A DNA stretch of 64,000 nucleotides from Octopus bimaculoides (Eukaryota). Positions 25,425 to 36,889 of the stretch are shown here, piece after piece. Made by a program: the position numbers and the translations under genes. The stretch's first letter is position 1; each line of letters begins with the position of its first letter. The notes under the pieces are model-generated. The model was not told the origin of the DNA. It made no database searches and was given only the letters and a program-made list of their open reading frames with translations. The DNA lies in NCBI RefSeq assembly GCF_001194135.2, contig NC_068997.1:4826761-4890760 (forward strand). The letters run 5' to 3'.

Positions 25425-26029
25425 GTAAGAAATGAAACTCTACACTTCAAAATAATGAGTGTGTGTGTGTGTGTGCGCGCGCGTGCACGTAGTTTGTGCG
25501 ACTCTATTACTGCCATCATTAAACATCTCTGTTTATGCAGAATTCTGTGTACATGTAGTTGTGTGTGTTATACATACAGACACACACACACACATACACC
25601 TCACAATATCCTGACTAGGTTGATATTGTATATATGTGATATGGAAAATATATGCACTGTATGATAAACAATAACTAAATTGCAGGAAATTTTGTAAATA
25701 TCACATAACTATATATATTTATGTGATATTTACAGTATTTTCTGCAATTTTATTATTGTTTATCATATTCCGCATATAGTGTATGTATTTTCCATATCAT
25801 CATGCTGGCATGAGTTGACCAGTTTGACTGGAGCTGGTGAGGCCAGAGGCCACACCAGGTTCCATTGTCTGTTCTGGCATGGTTTCTACAGCTGGATGCC
25901 CTCCCTAATGCCAACCAGAGTGTACTGGGTCTTTATATGTGGCACCAGCGCCAGTATCAATCATGCTATGGCAGATGGACCTTCTTTAGTACAGCAAAGC
26001 ACCAGATATCTTGCTCATCTCCTTCATGA

Positions 26030-26270
26030 AGCTCAATGTCTTGAGATCGGACTTCAGTACTTCATACTGTCTTTCTGGATCTCCTTCTTCCACAAGTTCC
26101 ACCCGCTTAAAGTGATCAGCACTTCTGTATGCAACTGTGCACATCCATATGCATCATATGACCAAACCAGCAGTCTTCTCTTTTGCACACTGCATTTAAT
26201 TCCTCTAAGGCCCTTTTCTTTCAATACACTAGCGGTCTGTTGCACATACTGACATTGCACATCCATGCCA
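26030..26270 (-). mobile_element. RTE LINE 3' ORF2 fragment
   Basis: GMDVQCQYVQQTASVLKEKGLRGIKCSVQKRRL is homologous to the 20055 and 27729 fragments. Confidence 0.7.
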
Positions 26271-26814
26271 TATATATACATTATCAACTCATATTATTTA
26301 ATAATACAGAATGTAAAAGTTAAAAAGTAAATTTTTAATTTCATTTACTTGTGGTACAAGCACATTGAAACATTGCTGTAGTAACTCAAGCTTTTCTGTT
26401 TGCTTGTATAATGGTTGGTAGCATTCTTTTAAACTCCTCTCAAAGCTCTAGGACTTTCAAAACGGCAGCAGCATTTGTTTCAGTTTAAATTCAGCAGCTA
26501 TATTGCCAGAAACAAGCTGTGTCAGTCTATCATTTGTTACTTTATGCTCAAGTTCAAAAGTTTAGATAATTCTTCTTACACTTTACCTGCACTCACTATT
26601 CTGCTACTCAGTTTAAGATTATGCATAGTTATCCTTTGCAGCTTGTTCCACCATGTTTGTTATGAGTCTTTGCTTTTAATAAAATTTTCATTTTTCTCCA
26701 TGAAACCTCATTTTTTGGACATATTTATTACCAACATATTTCCTGCAATACACATATATTCTTTAGTTTGTTTTATCTTCATTATTAAAGTGAGTTGATT
26801 CTTCCAGTCCTTCT

Positions 26815-27720
26815 ATTCATCACAACCCTACAAGCCATCATAGTGGAGTTTAAGACTGGCTGTCCATGAGAACTCTTATATGCTGATGATTTAGTTCTCA
26901 TAGATGAGTCTATGTGGGAGTTAGAGAAGAAATGTCAGGCATGGAAGCTAAACCTAAAATTGAGAGGCCTTAAAGCAAACCTAGCAAAGACAAATGTTTT
27001 TTTAGTAAGTAGGAAAGATGACAGGACCCTGGAACCTTCAGGGAAAAGGCCTTACTTGATACGCTAAAAAGGAATAGATTTAAATCCATCCGTTGTACTT
27101 AATGTAAGCTATGGGCACAGAAGAGATGTAGTGGAATCACTAGCAGATTATCTGAAAATGTAGGCATCATATGCTTGTGCTTGTATGAACTAGAGCAGTT
27201 CGTACAAGCACAAAATTGAGTGTCTTAAATACCCAGAAAGTTCACTAGAAGTAGTTGATAGCTTTTGTTTTCTAGGAGATGTAATTAATAAGAGAGGTGA
27301 TAGTTGTGTAAGTATTATAGCTCGAGTAAGAACTGGTTGGAGAAAGTTCAGAGAGTTACTACCACTGCTAACAACAAAGATCTTTTTCATAAGAGTGAAG
27401 GATAGACTGTATGATACTTGTATTAGACCTGTAGTGCATGGTAGTGAGACATTGGCCTTGAATGCAAAGGACTTGAGAAGAATAGAAAGAAATGAAGCAT
27501 GTTCTGCTGGGTGTGCAGAAATAATTAATACAATGAGGCTGAGTAAAAAAAAACTGGGCATTAGGGGAATCAGTTGTGTGCAAGAAAGAAGACTGTATTA
27601 GTATGGACACATGATACATATGGATGAGGACAACTGTATAAAGAAGTGCTGAGTGCTAAATGTGGCTAGAACTTGGACATGATGGAGACCCAAGAAGACA
27701 TGGGATGTTTAGACTAAGAA
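26815..27720 (+). mobile_element. Degenerate RTE LINE (RT domain to ORF2 end)
   Basis: EFKTGCP*ELLYADDLVL (YADD at ~26879-26890), LEVVDSFCFLGD, KDRLYDTCIRPVVHGSETLALN. Confidence 0.85.
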
Positions 27721-27723
27721 TAG

Positions 27724-28280
27724 GATAGATGAAGTTCAGAGAGCTGTTATCTTTGTTGACAACAAAAGGATTCTCTCTCAGAGTGAAAGGTAGACTATAT
27801 GATGCTTGTGTGCAAACAGCTATACTCCATGGTAGTGAGACATGGGCTCTGAATGTAGAAGACATGCATAGAGTGGATAGAAATGAAGGTAGTATGCTTT
27901 GCTGGATGTGCAATGTCAGTGTGCATGTACGACGAAGTGCAAAAGTATTGAAAGAAAAGTTGGGCATAAGAGGAATCGGATTGAGCATGCAAGAGGGAAG
28001 ACTATGTTGGTTTGGACATGTGATGCGTATGAATGAGGACAGCTGCATAAAGAAGTGCCAATCACTGAAAGTGGATGNNNNNNNNNNGTATGAATGAGGA
28101 CAGCTGCATAAAGAAGTGCCAATCACTGAAAGTGGATGGTACCTGCAGAAGAGGGAGACCCAGGAAGACGTGGGATGAAGTGGTAAGGACCACTCTCAGG
28201 AAGTTGGGCCTCACAGAGGAAATGACAATGGACTGAGATGTCTGGTGATATGAGGTTCTTGAGAAGACCTGCCTGAGTTC
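27724..28280 (+). mobile_element. Second RTE LINE 3' fragment directly behind the first
   Basis: KFRELLSLLTTKGFSLRVKGRLYDACVQTAILHGSETW..RLCWFGHVMRMNEDSCIKKC. Interrupted by a 10-N gap. Confidence 0.85.
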
Positions 28281-28299
28281 TAGAAGTGCTGTGTGTCCC

Positions 28300-28680
28300 A
28301 CCCACACTTAACAAGAAAACTTCTCACACACCCTACCACAACAGACCAAACTGCATCTCTACAGCTCTTCTCTTCCTCATATTTCCACTTCATGCACTGT
28401 CCGTACTTCCCACTTCCCAATATTGTCCTCTTGGCCCTGTCTCACTGTATCATTGCTATCCGCTAACCCCTGACCTGTGTGTTCCACCCACACGCCCTGT
28501 CTCACTGTATCATTGCTATTCGCTAACCCCCGACCTGTGTTCTTCCTACACATAACAAGAAAACTTTTCACACATTCTACCCCAACAAGCTTATCTACAT
28601 CTCTTCTCTTCCTCACATTTCCTCCTTCATGCATTGTGCCTACTTCTCACTCCCCAATCCTGTCCTCACAGCCCTGGAGA
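28300..28680. repeat. Nested direct repeats (~59-bp pair inside a ~135-bp pair)
   Basis: ccctgtctcactgtatcattgctat.cgctaacccc occurs twice. acataacaagaaaact..cacac..ctcttctcttcctca occurs twice (~28300, ~28545). Confidence 0.7.
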
Positions 28681-31032
28681 TTGGATAACCTTGTATCTCT
28701 TTTGTGGCAGCACACCTGTTTCTGTCTTCATTCCTGATATCTTTCTATCCCTTTCTCTCTCTCCAACCGAGTAACCTTGTACCTCCTCTACAGCAAGGTA
28801 CCTGCTTCTGTCTCTTTGTCTCACTATAACCTTTCATCATCTCCCCCAATGTCCCTCCCCTCTCAAAAGATGTTTTTGTCTTCCAAGATACTTGGTGACA
28901 ATGTCAGTACAGGTGCCACTTAAAAAGCATTCAGTCCACACTGTAAAGTGGTTGGCGTTTGGAAGGGCATCCAGCTGTAAAAATCCTGCCAAAACAGTTA
29001 CAGAAGTCTGGTGCAGGCTTCTGCCTGGCTGGCTCCTGTCAAACCGTCCCACCGATGCCAGAATGGGAGGCGGACATTAAACGATGATGATGATGATGAT
29101 ATATATATGTGTGTATATTACACACGTATGTATATACATACATGCAAGTGTGTGTATAGGCTATGGCATAACTGCACTCAAAGACTTCATTTCACAACCA
29201 CAAGGTTGCTGGTTTGTTGTTGTCACTATGTATCATCGATATATTCTCAGGCTGACGTGACATCGGTAGATGGAATGAACACAATAGCCTGTCGCACGCG
29301 CGAGTGTCTTTCTATCATCTTGCTATTTGTGTGCTGTGTAAAAAACATGTCCAGTGGTTGAGCTGTTGGTCTTTCAAACGACTAAGGAAAATAGTACCTT
29401 ACTTGGAAACAAGTTACCGCTGACTTTGCTAACATGAAAAACGGTCGTTAAAACAAAGAAGAGGAGGGTGGGTGGTGATAATGACGATGGCAGTGGTGGT
29501 CGTCGTGGTATACAGCAGTTTTGGACTTCGTACTACTAACACTGGGGGTGACATGACTGATTATAAACAAGACCGAGTTATTCCCCCTTGTAAAGATCAT
29601 TTCAATAATTAATTCAAGGGAATTTGCATTTCGGTAAGAATTTATTTCTAAAAAAATTGACTGCATAGCTTTTAAATATAATTTAAATTGCTAATTAATT
29701 TACATAAAAAATTCTCGAGTTGCTATAAACCAATCATTTCATTAAATAAAACTAAATAAATGGTCGATTATGAGTTAGTTTTCTAGGTTTTTTTGTGTGT
29801 TGTGATGGTGTTTTTGTTTATTTTTCCTGTTAATTTATTTATAAACCAAGCATCATTATCATTGACAGTAATATTGCTCCCGACGAGAGTTCAAGTAATT
29901 AGAAATGAGCAATTAATGATAGCACTAATGAAAATAATTAAACTCTGCATAATTATATGTATTGAGTACTTCGTTAATTAATGGTTGTCTTGGTTATTTA
30001 CGTAAGATCACCAGGTGTGTGTGTCTCTTTGTCTGTGTGTGCCTGTGTATCTTTATATATGTGTGTGTGTGTAAACACACTTCACACACACACACATACA
30101 CAACACACCAAACACGTTGAGAGTGCTTCACATGGAACCACTTGCTGCTATTTTAAGCAGAACCGAAAGTAATCTGCAAGACATCATTGTTAAGTGAAGT
30201 GTGACCGACATACCTTTCACTCTGTCTCTCTCTTTCCCTCTCTCTTTACAAACCTACAGCTATTACACAGAACAATTCTGTATAGATGCTAACATACTTC
30301 CACTAGTTACAGTCATGGCTTGCCAGAATAAATCACGTTACTTCAAACTAAAAATATGGATTCTTCACATGGCACAAATAGTAAAACTACAAATTAGCTT
30401 GTGTGTGCTGTGTTTTAAGGATATTTGTAGGATTTTTTTTATATTTTGTACAATTTCTAATTTGGTGCTTCCTAATTCTAGATAGAATAGTTTGCCAGAT
30501 TCAACTTTTGCAATGTCTTGTGTTAATGGAACATTGGAATGGTAGAGCAACAGAACTGTCTTGTTCAGTTTAGTTACATCATATTAAATGAGTTCCAATA
30601 ATGCTACTGTCAATGTGGGGGAGGGGTCAATAAAATTATGGTTTAGTCAACTGTTGGGGTCAGTATAGTCGATTATACCCTTTTTCAAATATATGTTATT
30701 GGTATGTCCACGTATGTCCACGCGCGCGCATGTGTGTGTCCTGTGCAGCCATGTGTGTTTCTGTCTTTGTGTTCTTGTCGCTTAGCCCCAGGTCACCCTT
30801 CATCAAGCCGGCCTGTGATCAGAAGAGTTCTAACCATTTGTGGGAAATCCATTGCTATTTCTTTCCGGACAAGTGACCTTTTCGAGACTGCTAGTTGTGA
30901 TTATGAACTAACTGTGTGTGTGATTATGAACTAACTTACATAATCATCATCATAGCTGCTTGGTCTTTGGTTTTCTTTCCATGTTGTTGTTGTTGTTGCT
31001 GCTGCTGCTGCTGCTATTGTTGTTGTAGTAGT

Positions 31033-32018
31033 AAGGAAGTGAGCTGGCAGAATCATTAGCATGCCAGGCAAAATGCTTAACAGCATTTCATTCGTCTTTA
31101 TGTTGTGAGTTCAAATTCCTCTGAGGTTGACTTTGCCTTTCATTCGTTCTGGGTCGATAAAATAAGTACCAGTAATCAACTCATCCCCTCCCCCAAATTG
31201 CTGCCCTTGTAGTAAAATTTGAAACCATTATCATTATTATTCGTATTATGTGGTGGATTGACAGACTTGGAGCATTGGTAAAAATGCTTCCCAGTAGTCT
31301 TCTGATTCATTATGTTCCTAGTTCAAATTTGGCCAAGGCTGACTTTGCCTTCATCCTTTTGAAGCTAGTAAAATAACTACTAGTTGAGCACTATGATCAA
31401 TGTAATCAATTAGCCTCCTTCTCCCAAAATTCCAGGCCTATAACAGAAAGGACTGTTGTTGATGTAGTAGTAGTAGTAGTAGTAGTAGTAGCAGCAGTAA
31501 AGGTGGAATCATTAACACTCCAGGCAAAATGCTTAGCAGCATTTCATCCGTCCTTATGTTCTGTTCAAATTCTGCCAAGATCAACTTTGCCTTTCATCTT
31601 TTCGGGCTTGATAAATTAAGTACCAGTTGCATACTGGGGTCGATCTAATTGACTGGCCCCCTCCCCCATAATTTCAGGCCTTGTGCCTATTGTAGAAAGG
31701 ATTATTATTATTATTATTATTATTATTATAAAGGCAGAGTCATTAGCATGCTGGACAAAATGCTTGGTGGCATTTCATCTGTCTGCACATTCTGAGTGCA
31801 AATTTCACCATGGTCAACTTTCCCTTTCATCCTTTTGGTGTTGATTAAATAAGTACCAACTGAGCACTGGGGTTGACATAATTGACTTACCCCCTCTCCC
31901 AAAATTGTTGGCCTTCTACCAAAATTTGAAACCATTATTATTGTTGTTTTTATTATTATTATTATTATTATCATTACTACTACTACTACTACTGCTACTA
32001 CTATTATTATTATTGTTA

Positions 32019-32070
<52 letters not shown>
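31033..32070 (+). mobile_element. Four head-to-tail tRNA/core SINE monomers ending in a long (TTA)n tract
   Basis: Units at ~31033, 31245, 31499 and 31730, separated by (ATT)n/(GTA)n tails. Confidence 0.85.
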
Positions 32071-32071
<1 letters not shown>

Positions 32072-32188
32072 GCAGCTTGCTCTATGGTGCTCTTTCTTCT
32101 GTATTAAACTCTAAATGATATTATAATTAAATTCAGCTTTGTTAGAGTTCATAAGTATTTAATCACAATCCTGTTTACTTTGTTTCAG

Positions 32189-32266
32189 TATGTTTTTGGT
32201 TCATTTGTATCCCGTGACGCTGCCTACAACTTAATGCAAGATCTCTTTGACCGTTATCAGGAACTG
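32189..32266 (+). CDS. GRAMD2: GRAMD2-like exon, end of GRAM domain (YVFGSFVSRDAAYNLMQDLFDRYQEL)
   Basis: Acceptor ttgtttcag, donor CTG|GTACGT, 78 nt, phase 0-0. Contains the F.SF.SRD.AY.L motif. Confidence 0.93.
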
Positions 32267-33082
32267 GTACGTTTTACATTTTGCATGGAAGATGGATATC
32301 AAATGACAATGGTCATGATAGATAATGTATGTTGGAGTGCATCATCCTCTTTAATGTCAGTTGGTGAAAGTGATGGACAGTCCTTCCTGTTGCTAACCTT
32401 TGCCTCTTTTTTCAAGTTAGGAATCTCTTATTTCACCTCTTCAAAGGAGTAAAGCAAGTAGACGTTTTTGTTGGCAGGGTAAATGACAACTGTGGACAAA
32501 CTTACATAGTCTGCAAGTGTAAACATACATACAGACTTGTGCACAACCACATACACATGTACACACATACACACAAAACCATACACATATATGCACATGT
32601 GTGTGTGTGTGTGTGTGTAAGTTTGTAAGCCTACAATCACAGTTTTAGAACTATGGTATTAACCATGCCAAAGTCTTGAAGTCAGCACTATAAGCTAACA
32701 AAGAAAACATTAATATTTACGGTATGTAAAGCAGCAAGCTGGTAGAATCATTATCACACTGGGCAAAATGCTTAATGGTGTTTCCTCAATCTCTAAATTC
32801 TGAGTTCAAATTCCACCAAGATCGACTGCCTCTCATCCTTTTGGGGGTCAACGAAAAAGTACCAGTTGAGCACTGGGGTTGATGTAGCCCTTCCCTCAAA
32901 ATTTAAAATCAATATCTACAGTATGTCTATTGTTTACAGTAATAAACTGTAAACTATGCACCTCTCATGATTCCTGTTGATAGCTTGGTGGATTGTATCA
33001 GCCAGAGTTTAATTGTGTAGACACCTTACCCACAGGATCCAGTTTGAGTCTCTCTAATTGACCTTTTATTTTTCTTTTGCAG

Positions 33083-33130
33083 TCTGGAGATTCTTTTGCT
33101 GAGGAATCTGGGATTTCAGCAAAGTTTAAT
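33083..33130 (+). CDS. GRAMD2: GRAMD2-like exon (SGDSFAEESGISAKFN)
   Basis: Acceptor tttttcttttgcag, donor GTAAGT, 48 nt, phase 0-0, open. Frame-neutral, so it could be a cassette exon. Confidence 0.72.
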
Positions 33131-33564
33131 GTAAGTAAAGATTCACAGTTTTGTTGTTGTGGTGGTGGTGGTGGCAGCGGCGGCACTGCTACTGTTGTTG
33201 TTTTATTTGTTTTTAGTCCCAGGTCAACTTTGATTAGACAAGACTTCTGATTGAAAGTGTTTTAGCTGCCGCCATCCCAACTTTGTGTATAAGGGACTAC
33301 ATTGCCTTGTATATTCTTCTTTATGTATGACAGAAGTGTATGATTTAAAGATTTGACTGCTATTTCTTGTAGCCAGTGACCACTTAGAGCTCTCCCACAT
33401 TACCATGTCATTGAATGTGATTATGATGATGGTAATAGTGGCAATAGTAGGGTAGTGGTGGTGGTATTATGATGGTTGTTATGATGGTTGTAGTAGTGCT
33501 ACTGCTTGTGGTGCTAGTATTGATTTGTTTGCTTTTTTTTTTTTCTTCCTTACTTTTCTTTCAG

Positions 33565-33940
33565 GAATCTGGAGTAGCAGCTTTGGCAAAGTCAACGTTG
33601 TCGATGCCACTGAGTAAAAACAACCTTTCTGGAGCCATCATTCATCCATTGATACCTAAGAGGAAAAGCCATTCAGAATCTAGTGTATTTTGTTCGGATT
33701 ACAGTGGTGTCGCCGAAACAACAGATTCTGAAGATAACAAACTTTGCCAACCTGGAAAAACGAAAACTTACAAGCGAACTCCAGTGAAGGCAACAATACC
33801 TTGTGTGAAAACCCAGTTTACAAGTTCGACACCCACTAAACCTCAAGTATCGCAGAAACCCTCATCTGTTGGGTCCAGCCATTCCAAAAAGCCTGTTACT
33901 GTCCATAATAGCTGGTTCATCATGCCTTATTTGTCACAGT
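33565..33940 (+). CDS. GRAMD2: GRAMD2-like exon, Ser/Thr/Lys-rich linker (ESGVAALAK...FIMPYLSQ)
   Basis: Acceptor cttttctttcag, 376 nt open. The best phase-1 donor is T|GTATGT at 33941, which fits the phase of exon 34409. The 3' boundary is less certain because of the adjoining minisatellite. Confidence 0.78.
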
Positions 33941-34230
33941 GTATGTACCTCTTTATTTGTCATGACAGACAGAGGTGTATGAACCTCCTGTCTGTCATTC
34001 TGCATTTATCACCTCTATATGTCACAGTATATGTACCTCTTCTATCTCTCTCAGTGTATGTACCTCTTCTATCTCTCTCAGTGTATGTACCACTTCTGTA
34101 TGTCACAGTATGTACCTCCCCTGTACGTCACAGTGTATGTACCTTTATATGTCACTGTGTATGTACTACCTCTATCTGTTACGGTGTATGTACCACTTCT
34201 ATCTGTCAGAGTGTATGTACTTCATACTTC
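33931..34230 (+). repeat. ~27-bp minisatellite (GTCACAGTGTATGTACCTCTTCTATCT-like) overlapping an exon 3' end
   Basis: GTATGT at 33941, 34056, 34083, 34098, 34108, 34135, 34159, 34186 and 34213, with recurring 27-bp spacing. Confidence 0.88.
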
Positions 34231-34408
34231 TATATGTTACATATATGATGTTAGGATACATTAAACAGACAATACTGCACATTTATATATAAGGAAATGT
34301 TGTTTTATATAAACAGCACAGTCTTACATATTAACAAACATTGTAATTTATCATAGGCCAGCAGAGGTTCTATAAGAAATTAATATATCCCATTTGTTAT
34401 CCATTCAG

Positions 34409-34466
34409 GTTTCAACTGTCAACAGACATATGAATCTATATGCCAGTTAGCCCTCAAGTTACTACG
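34409..34466 (+). CDS. GRAMD2: GRAMD2-like exon (FNCQQTYESICQLALKLL)
   Basis: Acceptor atccattcag, donor CG|GTAAGT, 58 nt, phase 1-2, open. Confidence 0.78.
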
Positions 34467-35184
34467 GTAAGTCAAAATAATGGCTTTCAATTTCTCTCCC
34501 TCTAACATTTATTTTTTGCAATTTTATTAAAATTCATTGATCTTTATCAGTACACTCTGTATATCATTTGTATTTAACAGTATCACAAAAAAACCACTAG
34601 CTGTGCACATGTGTATGTATTTATATGTAGTGGTGGTGGTGGTAGTCCGCTATTGTTTTACTTACTCTTTCTTTGTCAAAGCTACCAAACGTCAAGATTG
34701 GCTGCACTAAATAGTACTTATAACATTGTAGTTATACACTCTAACTTATTATACAGGACTTATAGTCTGTCTAACACACTATATGCACATACACGTACAT
34801 ATAGTACTGTAGTAGCATAGTAATACACTATATAGTACTTATATGTATCGTAGTAATGGTAATACACTATGTATCACCTATAATACTGTAATCACACTCT
34901 AAGGCATCATTTAGTAAACAATAATGCTGTATATAACACCTACATGTAATCATAGTGATGCTTATACACTGTACATCACATATAGTATTGTAGTAGCATT
35001 CTATTACATCATCTATAGTACTATTGTAGTGACACAACAGTATACAGTATAGTACTGATATTCTAATGCACAATATACAACTACCATAATATTCACCACA
35101 TACTAAACGGTCTAACTCCAAATAGTTTTGTTTTTTTTTCCCCTCTCATCCTACTCTTCTCTAACATCTGTCAACTGATTTCAG

Positions 35185-35226
35185 GTTACCAAAGGCACAC
35201 ATGGTACTAGCAATATGTGCAGCTAT
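35185..35226 (+). CDS. GRAMD2: GRAMD2-like exon, start of transmembrane segment (LPKAHMVLAICAA)
   Basis: Acceptor atttcag, donor AT|GTAAGT, 42 nt, phase 2-2. Confidence 0.8.
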
Positions 35227-35560
35227 GTAAGTATTACCATTTCTCAATAGAATCTACTGCTTTATTTGTTGTTGTTGTTTGAGAGCTCCACCCCACCAGG
35301 GGAACCCAGATCCAACAGACATATCTAGGATCATCCTGTCTTTTATTCAGTCATAGTGTATGTAGGACTACATCATATGATGTGTCTGTAAGACAGTAGC
35401 AGGTGTAATTTGAGGAAGGGATATTTGGCTGCTATTTCTAGCAGGTTGAGTAATGACCATGCAGAAGTTCCTTTTGCAGATCATTGTTGATGTTGCAGTC
35501 ACTATAGTCTCCAACAACTGTTGCTGTCTCTGCCAGTTGGCAGAAACAGTTATGCTTCAG

Positions 35561-35774
35561 TTATATTAAGGCGGTGAGCTGGCAGAAGCGTTAGCATGCT
35601 GGGCGAAATGCTTAGCGGTATTTTGTCTGTCTTTATGTTCTGAGTTCAAATTCTGCTGAGGTCGACTTTGCCTTTCATCCTTTACACACTGGGATCGATG
35701 TAATCAACTTAATCCCTTTGTCTGTCCTTGTTTGTCCCCTCTATGTTTAGCCCCTTGTGAGCAATAAAGAAATA
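35561..35774 (+). mobile_element. Young tRNA/core SINE insertion with 19-bp target-site duplication
   Basis: agaaacagttatgcttcag at 35542-35560 and 35775-35793 flanks the element. Confidence 0.9.
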
Positions 35775-35968
35775 AGAAACAGTTATGCTTCAGGAAGCCT
35801 CTTTCTGGAATTTTAATTCATTCCTCTGTGATCTGAATTCAAATCCTGTTTTGATAAAATTTGCCCTTCACTCTACCTGGGGTCAATGGTATTTACTAAT
35901 CCCCCTTTCTCAAATTTGCTAGCCTTGTACCTAAATCAGAAATCACTATAATAATAATAATAATAATA

Positions 35969-36321
35969 AGAGCACCCAGAGAGCACAAACCTCTGCCAAA
36001 GCAACACCAGCGTCCTCTCAACAGAGATTATTTTTAAAATGAGAATATCTGAAATAAACTCGACTGCTCTCACAAACGAGAATACTGAAAATGAACCTGA
36101 CCGCTGTCAAAAATTAAGTAAAAAAACAAGAAATATAATCCAGAATCCTTGCCCAGTACCAGATCGATCCCAAAATTTAATAAGTTTGTGCTGGTCATGA
36201 GGCCAAGCATCCCTGAAAGTTTCATCCGAATCCATCCAGTGGTTCTTGAGATATCTTGTCCACAGACAAACAAACAAATATGACCGAAAACAATACCTCC
36301 GCCTTCGCTAAGGCAGAGGTA
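35969..36321 (+). mobile_element. Non-autonomous Helentron-like (HINE-type) element inserted in (TAA)n
   Basis: 5' subterminal aacctctgcc and a 3' hairpin tacctccgcc-ttcgctaa-ggcagaggta (36294-36321). TAA repeats on both sides. Confidence 0.55.
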
Positions 36322-36334
36322 ATAATAGGGCAGA

Positions 36335-36552
36335 GCATAACCAAAAATTGCTCTTTTGGGGACAGCTAGGATTTTGAGATTGGTGCTTGGATGTTGAGTG
36401 TCTTCCAGGATACCCAGCACCTAAATACCAAGTTTTATAATTTGTGGATAGAGACCCTGTGAGACCTTTGACAACAGGATGCTGTCTACTCTCACAAAAT
36501 TAACCAGAGCAAGTAAGAGCAAGATCTTTGAGAAATAAAATATAATGATGAT
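36335..36552 (+). mobile_element. Short 3' fragment of an R4/Dong-like LINE
   Basis: KIALLGTARILRLVLGC* (36344-36397) matches the R4 ORF C-terminus. It is followed by a UTR and a TAA/TGA tail. Confidence 0.65.
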
Positions 36553-36889
36553 AATCCTTTCTACTATAGTCTCAATGCCTGAAATTTTGGGGGATAAAGT
36601 AAGTCATTTATATAAACCCCAGTGCTAAACTGGTATTTATTTTTTCTTTTGTAAAGAGCTGGCAGAAATGCCTCGAAGCATTTTGTCTGACGCTCTAATG
36701 AGTCTACCATCTTACCACCTTAATAATAGAAATGGCTTCAAAATAAGGCACCACATTGAAATGTTGAGTCTAATTAGTATTTTGATGGGTGGCCACTTGG
36801 GAAATGTAGATGTTAGTGTGAGGTCAATGGATTGACTGAATCATTAGAGCATTGGACAACTGCCTTGCAATATTACGTTTGGCTCTAAG

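Noticed and set aside
28027-28138. Identical 51-bp direct repeat
   Set aside because: It flanks the 10-N gap at 28078-28087, the same assembly artefact.
34700-35120. TAGTA/TACTA-rich tract between two exons
   Set aside because: Degenerate simple repeat with no definable unit or ORF signal.
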